From the NCBI RefSeq assembly GCF_030684315.1, contig NC_081361.1, forward strand, positions 56,217,553-56,281,552: a DNA stretch of 64,000 nucleotides, read 5' to 3'. A model generated the notes under the pieces. The model was not told the DNA's origin. It searched no databases and saw nothing but the letters and a program-made list of their open reading frames with translations. Shown piece after piece: positions 40,193 to 53,990 of this stretch (its first letter is position 1; each line of letters begins with the position of its first letter). Origin of the DNA: Stegostoma tigrinum (taxonomy: Eukaryota). The translations under genes were made by a program, and so were the position numbers.

Positions 40193-40449
40193 GTATATTA
40201 TTAATTATAACTTAAGTAATAATTTCATTAAAGCTGCTTACCAGGAGTAGAGTTTGTTAGTTGGACAGATATATTTATGTCTTCTATTTCAATATAAAGA
40301 AAATGTCTACTGTACTACACTTCACAGCAGATCAGTTTGAATTTCTGGGAATTGAATATCCTTGCCTAATTACCCAAGTGACGCAGTAAGCAGTCAGGCA
40401 ATTATATGAATGAGTCATAGAGAAATTTCAGTGTAGTTGGATAAAACTT

Positions 40450-40900
40450 AGAGGTCTTGTGGTGCAATGGGTAGTATCCCCGCCTCAAGGCAGAAGCTCC
40501 AGCTTCAAGTTCTACTCCAGGATTGGATGACTAATGAAGGTACATTGATAACATGGCTAAACGGGGATCAACATTTAATTCTTCCATCATATGCAATTGG
40601 CAGGCGATAAGAGTGGAATGATTCCTGAGCAGCTATGTGATGGAAAAAAATTGGAACTTCTAACATCAAGATTCAAACTACAACATACATGTAGAGGTTG
40701 TTTTGCAAAGCAAATCAGATTCCTTAGGGGTGGTGGTTAGCTCATTTGGCTGGATAGCTGGATGTAAATCATATTTGTACCATTAGCACAGTGTTTGATG
40801 TCTATTTGTGCTGGGCTGAGTCCAGAACCTGTTTCTTATCCTACCTATGTTGGAAGTCACAATTCTGTGATTAGGACCTGCCTTCAGACAACAAACCGAA
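40450..40900 (+). mobile_element. Two adjacent decayed tRNA-derived SINEs
   Basis: tRNA-like heads GTGGTGCAATGGGTAG...TTCAAGTTC and GGTTAGCTCATTTGGCTGG. Confidence 0.45.
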
Positions 40901-43056
40901 GATGATGATCTTGGTTTAAATTTTAAATTTCGACGATTTTCATGGTTTTCCTTACAAACTTGCATTTTGTGACCCTGCAATATATCAGTCTGCAAAACTA
41001 GTAGATGTTGACCAACAGTGATAATTTGTACTTTAATTGTTCCTTTAACATAGAAAAGTGTCTCAAAGTCTTTATAGGACCAATTATGAAATAAAACTTG
41101 ATACCAAGCCACAACAGAACTGAGAACTAAAAGTTTGATCAGAGAAGACGAGAGCCAGGTAAAGAGGCAAAGAGATATAGCAGAAAAATTCCAGAATGTC
41201 ATTCTTGAGCAGCTGAAAAAATATATCTCAAAAATGTAACTGTGATAACTATGTAAGGTAAAAGTCTTTGATGTCTAAGTGCAGTAGGCACAGTATTATC
41301 ATAACTCAGGTAGAACACTGTCAATCATTCCTACCAATTTTATAATAAAGTTCAATTTCTTGCAGACAAAGGTAGGGATGTCACAGAGGCACACAGAAAG
41401 GAGCTACCTGAATGATCTCTAGTTTTAGTGAGTTGAATTGAGAAGCAATACTTGTGTCCCCTAAACTTTTCATTCTTGTAAGGAAGTACATTGGAGGTAA
41501 TTTTAATGGAATTATTGCACATTGAACATTAAACAGAATCAAAAAGTAAATCTTGTAAAGTGTTCTAATTAATTTCAGTAAGGCAAATGTGCTGTAGATT
41601 CTGTGTTGCAAAAGGCAAAACTAGGGGTGATATAAGTATTTTTTTCTCTGGAAAGAGTGATCAATATACATTAAAAAAACTCCTGTGTTCATGGAAATAC
41701 TGCAGTAGATATTTATATCGACCTTCATAAGGCACTTAATATATCACACAGCAGATGACATTGCCATATTGATGGGCAAACATGGAAAATGTCATTTCAT
41801 GTGTTCACATGTGAATGGAAGCACTTTGAGAGAAATTAAATTGAAAGGCAATGTGGTTCTTTGTGGGACCATCAGAAGCTTTCTCTCCATTGATTTAAAA
41901 GTGACCGTTGAAGAACCTCCACTTAAATGCCTTCTATCCTGTGCAGTTCCTTTGACACCTATGATTGCTGATGGTTCTCTAAGAAGCAGCTTAAACTTTT
42001 TGTCAAGGCAGCAACACCTTGACTGTCACCTGGTTTTGATGCTGACACCAGCCATTCAGCAATTCCTGGCAAAGATTGGTGCTTTTAATTGGGCATTAAA
42101 CTCACTACCTTGATAGATTAGACAATTTGAATTTCAGATTTGTGTTGTGAGAGCAATGCAAGTCAATCAAAGTATCGGGACCCAGAATTCATGTGGATAT
42201 GATATTTCTGACACCACGTTGAAAATCTATTCCTATGATTCTATGTCACAAAAATCGTGCATTAGTTTATGGATCAACTCAATGCTGCAATGAAGGGATG
42301 ATTAAAATATGGACAAAGTGGCCTACTCTTCCCATCATTACACTGCAAGATCATCTGTGTGGCATTTACGTCTGCATATCAGACTCTTAACTATTTTTGT
42401 ACAGTGTCTCAATGACATGGAGACGCTTTTCACTTTTTCCTCCTGACTTTACATTAACACACTTTTATTTCCTTTTCATCTCTCCTCCTTTGTCTGTTCA
42501 CATTCTTCACCCTTCTCTTTCTTCTTACTAACATTTACTTCACATAGCTCACTTGAGGCTTTAAATTTCCTTCCTTCCCATTCCTGCTGGCATTCAGTCC
42601 CAATCCACCATTTGGCCAAATAAGTATGTAAGAGACAAGAAATTGATCATTTTGTATGCTGAGAAAATAAAGATAAAAATTCATTCTAGAATATAATTTT
42701 TATCTACATTGAATGTGAGCTGAGGGTAGGATGCCAAAATCCCATTTTGCTAGTGTTCCGAATCAGGTAGAGCAAGCCTCATTATCAAGGGACTCACTAT
42801 TACTGGATTCATAATACAGTGAAATGTAAACATTCAATTACCTCAAAATTGCCAAATTCTTCCAAACCAGACTTTACTAATGACAGATTGCAGACATCAA
42901 GCTTATAGCTTAAACAAAAACTAACAATTTATTCTTAGTAACATAACTTTAGCGTAACAGGAATAAACAACTAGGTATTGTAATTAATATCTATAATCTA
43001 ATCTCAATCCATGTCTCTCTTAAACTTCCAAAATCACTAGTTGCTGCAAACAATTT

Positions 43057-43832
43057 CATAGAACATAGAACAATATAGTGCAGAACAGGGCCTTCGGCCC
43101 TCGATGTTGCGCCGACTTGTGAACTAATCTAAGCCCATCCACATACACTATCCCATCATCATCCATATGGTTATCCAAGGACTGTTTAAATGCCCCTAAT
43201 GTGGCTGAGTTAACTACATTGACAGGCAGGGCGTTCCACACCCTTACCACTCTCTGAGCAAAGAACCTGCCTCTGACATCTGTCTTAAATCTATCACCCC
43301 TCAATTTGTAGCTATGCCCCCTTGTACAAGCTGAAGTCATCACCCTCGGGAAAAGACTCTCACTGTCCACCCTATCTAATCCTCTGATCATCTTGTATGT
43401 CTCTATTAAATCCCCTCTTAACCTCCTTCTCTCCAATGAGAACAGACCCAAGTCCCTCAGCCTTTCTTCATAAGGCCTTCGCTCCAGACTAGACAACATC
43501 CTGGTAAATCTCCTCTGCACCTTTTCCAATGCTTCCACATCCTTCCTGTAATGGGGCGACCAGAACTGCATGCAATATTCCAAGTGAGGCCACACTAGCG
43601 TTTTTGTACAGCTGCAGCATGACATCACGGCTCCAGAACTCAATTCCTCTACCAATAAAACCTAACACACCATAAGCCTTCTTAACAGCACTATCAACCT
43701 GGGTGGCAACTTTCAGGGATTTATATACATGGACACCAAGATCCCTCTGTACATCCACACTACCAAGAATCTTTCCATTGACCCAGTGTTCTGCATTCCT
43801 ATTATTCTTCCCAAAGTGAATCACCTCACATT
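43057..43832 (-). mobile_element. Young CR1 LINE 3' fragment
   Basis: Nearly open ORF2 C-terminus (PHLEYCMQFWSPHYRKDVEALEKVQRRFTRM...FFAQRVV) and TTCTATG tandem tail. Confidence 0.93.
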
Positions 43833-46695
43833 TCTGCAGACTCCTAAGAAATATTTACTTATATTTTACAGTCTGAGACTCATTTCTCAAAATAATCAAA
43901 TCAGTAAGTGCTAGTCCAAGTGATTCCCAAAATCATTCTGGTCCTGAAAAAAACCCAGTCAGAACCAGTTGTCCTGTTCCTTAAACCAATGTTGTCTGTG
44001 ATTGGCTGATTAAAACTGACCCTCCCTTGACTGACCAATTCGACATCCAACCGGCTGTTACTGTTAGCATAGCAACAGCTCAGTATTGACTCATTTGCAG
44101 TGTCCTCAGAACAGTAATTAAGTTTTATTATCTTCCAGGTCAGTATGCAACAGCAAATATCTGTGTTTGTTCTCTTTTCCTTTAAAACAAGCAGCTTTTC
44201 AAAGTTTAAGTCTTAACCCCAATTCACTGTGCCAACCCAAAAAGAAATTAAGAACCATAAAAAGAAAAATAGTGATGGTTTCAATGAGTCCTAGGGCATC
44301 AAAACACTTGGGCTGGTCATGCTGACACTCCTTTTCCATGTTCTTTCCCAGTTCCTTTCTCATGCTACTTTATCAGTGTACGGGACAAGTAATTTGGCAT
44401 CTTTCTTAAGGACTGAATTCCGGGTCCAGCAAAATGATTTTGAGAATTGCTATCCTCAGCATGCACCAGTTTTATTCCCCCAAATAAAGATAGTACTGGG
44501 GAGGAGTTGTGAGTAGCCACAAAGGATGCAACTGAGATCTGTGATGAGAGAAACAGTCAGGAGAGCACTGAGAATTAGAAATGTAAGTGGTGCTGATTTT
44601 CATCTGGGTACATAAAGAAATGGATATTACTCCTCAATGCAGATGCTTTTATAAATCTCAATTGGCATGTATTAAGTTATCTTTGGAGTTAATCCATATA
44701 GAATGGAATTGTTGATGTGCAGTTAAAGTGTCATTTGGCACCCAGCCAAAACAATCCTGGGTGTGCATCAACATAAGAGTGGCAATAAAGGGCAGTAGAT
44801 GAAAACCATTAGATAGGGTACTTTGCATTGCACAAATTCATCCCAAAAAAATTTGGACAGCCACAAAGTAACGGATGGATAGTACTTAATCTCTATTTTG
44901 TGGCCTAAACAAACCCATTGTAGCCAAACTTCCTCATGATAGCAGGAGAAATTATAGTTACTGCTATAAATGGCAGATTTGGTTTGAAAAATGTCTTGGA
45001 ACGCAATTTATGATGAGAAATGTGCACCATCAAGCAATTTTGGGCTGTATAAGGAAAGCAAGTGAACCATAGTGAATTTAACATATTGCAATATAAAGAT
45101 GTTTCATACATTACAAACTTGACCACATTTCAGAGGTACTTATTGGACTAATACACATGAAATAACCCGTGATTATGGGACGTGATGTAGAAACACAACT
45201 TTTTCTTGTATATACCTGAACAGTGTAAGATATATCCACACATCTCATAATTTAGTGAGTAGATTAATCTTCCATGAAGACTTAGTTACTAATGCACATA
45301 GGTTCCAAAGAGTTTACAGCACAATTAGGTCACCAAGGAATTAACATATTTCTTGGTCACAATACCACAGGATATTTATTGTCATGGTCAGAGAGCAGGA
45401 AGAGAAATCTCAAAGGCAATTGTATTATCTACTATATTTTCATGTTTAAAATGTTTCTGTTAAATAATGTCATCCTCACTGTAATTCTAAAATGGCTGAT
45501 GTTGATCACATAATTGTATTTTCAGAAGCTCTGAACTTGCAAAATACAAATATTTTGGTAAAAGCTAACACAAAGGATTTGGAAACAAGCTGCCTGCTTC
45601 CACCTAGCTCTGGAAAAGGGATCCTTAATGTTAAAATGAGCCCATCATCTCATATTGGAATCTCAAAATGGGAGACAGAACTACAATGTTTGCTTAACAA
45701 TCTTCCAATTAGCCCACAAAGATGGATATTCAGCATCTAAATAGTTGTCTTTGTCATATGAGTGAAATCTGAGGTTGTTGAATTGCTTTAATCTACAATT
45801 CTGTGATTCCAAGTCAATGACTTAACATTCATGAGAAGAGCAACTGCAGACTGTAGTAGCTAAAACATCTGTTCATTTTGTCTCCTTGAAAGGTCTCACC
45901 TCCAATAAGAATTTTGGCCATACCCTCCAGGCTGGACTCAATCTTTGTGTGCAAGAGATATTACTGCACCTTAACTATCGTCCGTCTGCATCCCAGCTCC
46001 TAGGAAAAGGTTTGCTACAGGGTTAGCTGTTGTGGATCAGACCAAACTGCCCAAAGTGTGTAGAAGAAACAGAAACAAAGAAACCTACAGCACAGGAACA
46101 GGCCCTTCGGCCCTCCAAGCCTGCGCCGATAAAGAGATAGCCTAGACCCTAACTTTTTTTTTAAAAGGCAAGTGGACGGTGCTGTGTTCAAGATGTGATT
46201 CAGTTAGTCCACTACTAAGCTCTAATCAAAGCACACCTTAAATCTATACAGCACAGTTAAAATAAAACAAAAAGAAGAATTGGCATAGCTTTACTCTATG
46301 GAAGTACTTGACAAGATAATGTATTATTTAACCACTAATCATCAATTGTTCCAATATAAGCAACATCCAATAAACCTACCACTGGTAAAGGCCATTCAAC
46401 AACACATTATTCTCACTTGCTGTCTCTCTCCAGTCCAGTAAAAAGAAACATCAAAAGAAATAACCTGCCAATTTTGATTTTTAAGGGGTATCTCTCTGTC
46501 TAAGACTTTACTCTAGCAGCAGAGAATTCAGGCTGAAAGCTCCAGCAGGCAGTATAACCCTACTCAACTAATTAAAAGCCAAAGCTAAAGTTTTCTGGGT
46601 CTGTGTAAGTCAGGTCCCACCCATTCATAATTATTTGTCTTACTTTTTATAAAAAGTTCAGTGAATTCAAAGTTGTTTACCAACTGCCTGTAGGA

Positions 46696-46830
46696 GAGTG
46701 CCCAGGGAGAGTGTGTCAATATTTACAGAGTGCCTGGGGGGAGAATGTGTCAGTATTTACAGGGAGCCCGGGGGGGGGGGGGGGGGGGGGTGTGGGTAGT
46801 GTGTCAGTATTTACAGAGTGCCTGAGAGAA
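46696..46830. repeat. ~32-bp minisatellite (GTGTCAGTATTTACAGAGTGCC..) with embedded G21 run
   Basis: Three degenerate units; poly-G at 46770-46790. Confidence 0.75.
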
Positions 46831-46945
46831 GTTTCAGCACCACTGTGAGAACACCCCTCTGCAAGAGAAACAGGACAAAATAGATCTGTTAAAGGAACAG
46901 TGTCATCATGTAGCCAGCTCATAGTCTCCCACATTGATATTGCCA

Positions 46946-47168
46946 GTGATAATGGGAACTGCAGATGCTGGAGACTCCAAGATAACAAAGTGTGAAGCTG
47001 GATGAACTCAGCAGGCCAAGCAGCATCTCAGGAGCGCAAAAGCTGACGTTTCGGGCCTAGACTCTTCATCGATGAGGGGATGAAGAGTCCAGGCCCAAAA
47101 CGTTAGCTTTTGTGCTCCTGAGATGCTGCTTGGCCTGCTGTGTTCATCCAGCTCCACACTTTGTTATC
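46946..47168. mobile_element. Penelope-derived fold-back element with 12-bp TSD
   Basis: TSD TTGATATT[G/A]CCA at 46934-46945 and 47169-47180; GATGAAGAGTCTAGGCCCGAAACGTC on the minus strand. Confidence 0.9.
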
Positions 47169-47654
47169 TTGATATTACCATATTGGATTCAGCCAGTACC
47201 AATATCTTTGACTTTTCAAAAGAAATTCATTAGTTAAAACTTCCTCCTCTCCCTTTATCATTTTTTGTTCTGTGTGTGAATGAAATAGTGAAGCCAATCC
47301 CCACATTTTGAACGTTTTGTTGATAAGCCTTATCTTTGGCTTCATCCTAAAAGGATTGTGTTATGAATTTATTTCAAAAATTGTAATCCAAAAAAAATCA
47401 GGATTTGTAGAACATCCTTTGGCCTACTTCATTAGAGAAAAGAGTAAAAAGAGAAAAGAGTACATCAAGCAATACCTCACCATCTTGATCAGAAACAGCA
47501 ATTGCTATTTAAATTCACCCCATTCCCCCTAAACTAAGCCAATATTCTTACACAGTCTTTCCATACACTCAGCTCGCAGGCAGGCACACATATTCTTGCA
47601 AGACATGGATTTGTATGAGATAATAAATCCTATTGTGCAATAGTATATCCCATT

Positions 47655-48160
47655 CATAGAATCACTACAGTGCAGGTAGAAGTTATTTGGCCCATAGAGT
47701 CTGCACTGAGCCTCCAAAGAACATAGTATCAGAGACAGTAGGAACTGCAGGTGCTGAGAATCTGAGATAACAAAGTGTAGAGCTGGATGAACACAGCAAG
47801 CCAAGCAGCATCAGAGGAGCAGGAAGGCTGATGTTTCGGGCCTAGACTGAAGAAGGGTCTTCAGCCTACCTGCTCCTCTGATGCTGCTTGGCCTGCTGTG
47901 TTCATCCAGCTCTACATCTTGTTACCTCCAAAGAACATACCTCCCTATCCCTGTAACCCCACATTTACTACCTAATCTACATACTACAGGACAATTTAGC
48001 ATAACCAATTCACATAATCTGCATATTTTAGACAACAGGAGGAAAGCCACATGGACATGGGCAGAATGCACAAACTTCACACAGAAAGTTGCCTGAGGCT
48101 GGAATTGAACCCAGGTCCCTGGTGTCATGACACAGCAGCAATGATCACTGAGGCACCATG
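47655..48160 (-). mobile_element. HE1-like (V-SINE) elasmobranch SINE, interrupted by a fold-back element
   Basis: Minus head TCAGTGATCATTGCTGCTG...GGGACCTGGGTTCAATTCCAGCC; GCTAAATTGTCCTGTAGT V-domain-like segment; CR1-like tail. Confidence 0.75.
47726..47924. mobile_element. Penelope-derived fold-back element with 15-bp TSD
   Basis: TSD CCTCCAAAGAACATA at 47711-47725 and 47925-47939. Confidence 0.85.
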
Positions 48161-48578
48161 ACATCCGTTACTTGAAGCTGATTTGAATTTAGTGCTGAAA
48201 TGCAGTAAATTTCATTTTAAAGAATGACTTGTGTGTTTTACGTACATATGCTTATGTTTGAGATGTTTAGGAGCCTCAAATATTAGGGACCTAACATTAC
48301 ATATTCTAAAAGCAAGATGATTCACAGGTATAAACTTGAAAGCAGTGTTTAATTATCCATTGGAATAGAGATAGACAAAAAGGGACATCAATAGCAAATC
48401 CATTAAAAGGAAGCTCCAATTTTCTCAGCGTTTATATTTACTATCTAAACTACCTCAGTTGGTTCATGCATCCCAAAGTCAAAATCCACATCTTTATTTT
48501 GAAAACTCTTTGATGCCTCATCCTGTTTTGCATCTGTAATCTCTTTCAAGCTCACACCCAGCCTGTTTCCATTTGTCC

Positions 48579-48884
48579 GACAACCTCATCCAGCCCCCTT
48601 GACCTGTCCGTCTTCCCTTTACTGGCCTATCCCCTCCCTACCTCCCCACCTACACTCACCCTTACTGGCTCCATCCCCACCTCTTTGACCTGTCTGTCTC
48701 CTCTACACCTATCTTCTCCTCTATCCATCTTTGATCCACCTCCCCGTCTCTCCCTATTTATTTCAGATCCCCCTTCTCCTCCCCCATTTCTGATGAAGGG
48801 TCTAGGCCCGAAACTTCAGCTTTCCTGTTCCAAAGATGCTGCTGATGGCCTGCTGTGTTCATCCAGCTCCACACTTTGTTATCT
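48579..48884 (+). mobile_element. Penelope 3' end with perfect 16-bp TSD and hammerhead motif
   Basis: TSD CTGTTTCCATTTGTCC at 48563-48578 and 48885-48900; CTGATGA-AGGGTCTAGGCCC-GAAACTTC at 48790-48817. Confidence 0.9.
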
Positions 48885-49462
48885 CTGTTTCCATTTGTCC
48901 TCTTGTTTTGGCTTTATATCCATTTCTGTCCTTCCCATTGATGGAGGAATATTTTGTGGGCTCAGGCCTATTTCTAGCTTATTTCTCTGTTCCTCTCCAA
49001 AAGTCTTGGTAAATCCTATTCTTTTGAATTTGCCTGCAGTAATGCTTCTACAATTGCTTGATTCTCCTCTGAAGGGTGATTACCGCAAAATAAGATACTC
49101 ATTTTTGTTGTTCTGGATATCCCTGGTTGTTGATCATGGGCTGTTGATAACACAGAACTTGATAATGAGCAGTGGTACTGCTTTTGTTTAATTAGGTGAA
49201 TATTTGATGCATTATTTAAAAAGCATTTCTGTTAACTGTTCAGTTATTAGTTAAATACTTGTTATTTTATTGAAAGGTTCTGTTTAATTTTAAATAAAGA
49301 AAAATTCACACATTGTAAGCATGTCTACGAAAATGCAATTTTCCTTTATTCTGAAAATGAAGTGAGATAAGAATTTAGATTGAAATGATATAGGTGTTAA
49401 TTAGTCTCCTTTCTAAGGGGAATATCACAACTTGTTTACCATTCGATAGTGAAACATGCCCT

Positions 49463-50151
49463 AAAATGCTCAGGCTGTCCTGATCAGTAGGCACTCGATG
49501 TGTTTAGCATAAATATAGTGAACAAACACAGCTAAAACAATGTTAGTAGTTTCTGGCATAATGTAGTTAAGTAATATTCCACAAATTTATTACATAAGGG
49601 TCAATAATTTCAATTGGGGCAGCACAGTGGCTCAGTGATTAGCACTGCTGCCTCACAGCGCCAGGGACTGTGGTTTGATTCTGCCTTTGAGTGACTGCCT
49701 GTGTGGAGTTTGCATGTTCTCCCTGTGTTTGCTCCAGGTAACAAGGTATAGAACTGGATGAACACAGCAGGCCAAGCAGCATCAGAGGAGCACAAAAGCT
49801 GATGTCTTGGGCCTAGGCCCAAACCATCAGCTTTCCTGCTCCTTGGCCTGCTGTGTTCATCCAGCTCTACACCTTGTTACCTAGAGTAAACACAGGGAGA
49901 ACGTGCAAACTCCATACAGTCACTCAAAGGCAGAATCGAACACAGATACCTGACGCTGTGAGGCAGCAGTGCTAACCACTGAGCCACCGTGCTGCCCCAA
50001 TTGAAATTATTGACCCTTTTGTAATAAATTTGTAGAATATTGCTTAACTACATTATGCCAGAAGCCACTAACATTGTTTTAGTTTTGTTTGTTCACTGTA
50101 TTTACGCTAAACACATTGAGTGCCTTCTGATCAGGACAGCCTGAGCATTTT
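49463..50151. repeat. ~690-bp imperfect palindrome (host DNA + HE1 SINE head + Penelope arm, inverted)
   Basis: Centre GGGCCT|AGGCCC at 49814/49815; AAAATGCTCAGGCTGTCCTGATCAG at 49463 mirrors CTGATCAGGACAGCCTGAGCATTTT ending at 50151. Confidence 0.95.
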
Positions 50152-50849
50152 CGGCCTAGGCCCGAAACGTCAGCTTTCCTGATCCTCTGATGCTGCTTGG
50201 CCTGCTGTGTTCATCCAGCTCTACATTGAGGTTATAAGTGGATGGGTCTTGGCGGCATGCTGCAAGGATCATTGTGGGCTTGTTGGGCAGAAGGACCTGT
50301 ATTCACACTATGGGGATTCTATGTCTAATCTCACATTCTTACTGTATAAAAGCAGAATAAGTGTGTATTTTGGAACCTACCTGATTTGTTTTAGTGCAAG
50401 TGTGATCAATTTGTTATAGTCAATAAGTATCTTAATCTTAAAATTTATATAAATTTTCACACTAATGATAGTAAAAAGATAAATTTGATGAATATTTAAA
50501 TACTCTATTTAAAATGTTGATTTGGATATAACTAACCAGAGGTTAAGTCAACATTTTAAAAATCACTCCTTATAACACAAATTAATTTCTAATCCATTAA
50601 CTAATTTGAACTCAGCATTATCCATTGCAAATTTTCACCACGTGCTGTATTTAAATGTAAATGTTTTGGACGGTGACAACCCTGGTATTAGGATTTTCTT
50701 TCGGGGCAGTACGCAAATATTAAAAACTCCATCGTCTTAATTAGGGTATTTTCGGTCTCATTTACAGCAAGACGATACATAAAAGCTTTGCCATGTCGGT
50801 GTCCTTTCAAAAGTAACAACTGGCAATAACTATTCAGCTGAACACATGA

Positions 50850-51470
50850 CATGGTTGTCCCTTGGGCTGTATTCGGTCGATCAGGTAATACAGGTTGTAA
50901 GGGAGGTGCTGCTTGACTGCAACTTTACTCAACCTCCCTTCTGTACCCCACCCCCACTGCAGGTGTGTTCGCAGCTTTGTGACTGTCAGATTGCAAACCC
51001 GCCCTATGGCGGCTGTCAATCAGAGCAGCCTGTGGGGCTGGGCTTCCGGGAAAGCCCCACCCAATACTGACGGACCTCTACCCCCACCCACGGACACCCA
51101 CCGCTCTCGCCCACCTCCATTGTGACATCACTCTTCCGCAAGCTCAGACGCTGAGATCACCGCGTTTTCCAAATTTGGCAATAGAACGCCCACGTTCCCG
51201 GGCGAGGCGGCTAACGTCAGCACGCCCCCGACACGCACGACCCGCGAGGTTACAAAGACGTGAATTACGAGCGCGCAAAGACCTTACAAGGGAATAACTC
51301 CCGGGTAGTCTAACGTGCTTTCCTGGGTTTTTTTAAACTTAGACTTATCTTCTTTTAATTTTTGCAGCAAAAAGAAACAAATGAGGCGTATTAACTCCGG
51401 CTGTTCCTCTCCCTTCTCCACTTGTTGCTTGTACAGTAACAGGTCTGCGTCGGCAGCAACTTTTCAAAAA
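50850..51470. promoter_or_regulatory. CpG island ~2 kb downstream of c-jun with immediate-early motif cluster
   Basis: STAT TTCCGGGAA 51044-51052, NF-kB GGGAAAGCCCC 51048-51058, CCAAT 51061, TGACATCA 51123-51130, CArG CCAAATTTGG 51169-51178. Confidence 0.6.
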
Positions 51471-53359
51471 TCTCACTAAGGGGAGGTCTCATTTTAGAGC
51501 CAAGTTTTCCTGCCCGTTGCAGATACCACATTGGCTAATTCTTTGAAGCATAAAATTAATCTGAAATTTACTACAGGAGGGTTGGAAGTACTTTCTACCT
51601 TTAGAGGGCTTAAGCGAGTGTTTGATTTTTGTGATTGTTACACAGCTTCAGTAGCAGTTTAACTTGTTCGATGTTTATTTCAAAGAAGTGGAGGGACCAT
51701 GCGACTGTTTGGTGCTAAGAACTCTCAGCTGTTGTACTTCAAACTGTATTTAAATTGTTTATAAACTTACATTTGAGTGTCACTTCATCAGAACTTTAGT
51801 GTCCAAGAATTGTTTGAATAAACAGTTAAATGCAATTGTACCTGATTTCAAAAATCCGAGCAAAACCGGCAAATCCCGTTGGACAGGATACACAAGCTTT
51901 TAAATGTATAAAAGTTACTGCTTCAGCAGTCAAGAATCAGTGGCTAATGTTATTTACTTTGTGAACTCGAAATTTTGGTGCATGTTTTATGCAGTTAACA
52001 AGTTGTGTTTGCCTTTTATTCTAAATAAAATGGAATAATGCACCTTTAAGACTGCAATTGCGGTAACGAGGCTATATAAACGTGAGTTGTTGTGGTATAC
52101 TTTAACGTAGTTCAACGATTTTGGAGTCAATTTGTATCTTGTACAGTAAAATGTTACAAATTGAATGTCAATTACTGTTTAGAAAGTTGAAACAATACCT
52201 AATTCAATTTTATGGTGCATGCAATGACTAATGAATGTTATTTCAAAAGTTTCTTCAATTGAAATTTTGTATTTCAATTTGTTCCTGGCTTTTCTACTTT
52301 TTATTTACTTGTCGTGCAAGACTGACGACCATTCGAACTCGTGGCTGAGTAAATCGATATCCACAATCAACTGAAAATGCAGTGCATTTTACAAAAAAAA
52401 GACCCCTGTCAGTAATTCACCGCGTTTTAAAATAAGTCACCTTAAGTTACATAATTTGTACCATAGTTATTTAAGGACACGTATCCACTGTTACCCCCAA
52501 TGAAGCGTATAATTCCCAGCAGAGTACTTCACAAGACTTCCCAGTTTTCACTAAGGATTCTAATTGTAAAGTAAAGCACAATTTATGGTAAAACTATTTA
52601 GAGCCAAAGTTTATGATTTTTAATAACCAGCCTTCCTTTCTGAATTGCTTCTCTTAGATTTAGTGATATGCAGTCTTAACTATTTAATTTTCTGTTAGGA
52701 AGGATTTTAACACTTCATAAGAAACATATCGAACAAACGGATCTCTATAGAGATTATGGATCTCTGGGATTGTAAATCTGAAACAGCTAGTTCATTTAAA
52801 TTACAAACATTAAGACAAAAATTAGTTTTTCAAACTTCCCATTTGCCTCCTTAAATCCATATGCTAGACTTTAATTTGTTCCAAATATTTAACATGAAGA
52901 TTTTATTCAGTCCATACATAATAATGTATGTAGGGTTATTTTGGATTTCTTATGTGACGTATTATGAAGAATTTAAAACTTTATAAATAACATTAATAGG
53001 ACATTATAAATTAAAAATAGTTTGCTGCTCTTGAGCAAAGACATCGGCAATAAGACTTTAGCACCAAGTCATAGTGTACATTTAGACCCTTTGAAAAACA
53101 AAAGGTGAAACTGAAACGCCCAATATTATTTTCGAATAATGTTGTGAACTCTATAAGAAAATGTTTTCATTCTGAATATTCCGCCTAGCAAGTTAGAGTG
53201 AACACGCGAATTTCGCCTGTTTCAAGTTTGTTAGAAAGAAACTTGACCACAAAGGACAGTTCTGTACATCCTTGATGCTAGATATACTTTCACTCCTCAG
53301 TTAAGAATTGCTGCAATATCACTGAACATTATATGCCAAGAAAATAGAATACAAAATAT

Positions 53360-53990
53360 ACGTATCTTTTCAAATACTTTATTTATACATTCTTAAATAT
53401 AATTGAACTTTTTCCAGAAGTTCTCAGAAACGGAACATAAAAAATTATATATTTTATTACAAATGGTAAACTTAGAGTCCTCCAAATCTCTTATTTACAA
53501 GAATAAATTGGGTTTTGCCCCAATAAGCAACATAAAAATAACTTACAAAGGCTATCGCTTGAAGCGGTTATGTTTTGTTGACAGAAATCATCTTTCATGA
53601 AACAAAACATAGTCTGTACATTTTTCAAGGCAAAACGACCTCAAAAGCTTTAACCTCCCTTTATTCCCTCCCACGCCCTCCCCCACATTATACTACATCA
53701 GAAGCGATCTACTCTATCGCAGTTTTTAATTCTGTAATACTGGATGATCTTGAACTGCTTCGGTCCATGCAAGACTTGGTCATAGTAAAACAATGACTCG
53801 AAATTTAGTTTTTTTTGCCGCAAACAGCATTTCAGTCAGACTTTTTTTTACATCAAGCACAGTCCTCCACGTTTTCCTCCGTACATGCGCGCTCAGGGCG
53901 CAATCAGGACTTTTCTTCTGTCTTGATCTATTTAATTCAGTCCTCTTCTTTGCATTTGTTCACCAATAGTTCTCCACTACAGTTCTTGAA
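53360..53990 (-). other. jun: c-jun 3'UTR with poly(A) signals
   Basis: AATAAA on the minus strand at 53453-53458 and 53378-53383, in a U-rich block resembling the mammalian JUN 3' end; CAGTATTA at 53735-53742. Confidence 0.75.

Noticed and set aside
43056-43824. 199-aa and 111-aa ORFs as host genes
   Set aside because: CR1 ORF2 C-terminal fragments.
42815-44230. Possible solo LTR split by the young CR1
   Set aside because: No convincing TSD or termini could be established by eye.
49617-49690. tRNA gene
   Set aside because: tRNA-like head of an HE1 SINE; no complete cloverleaf.
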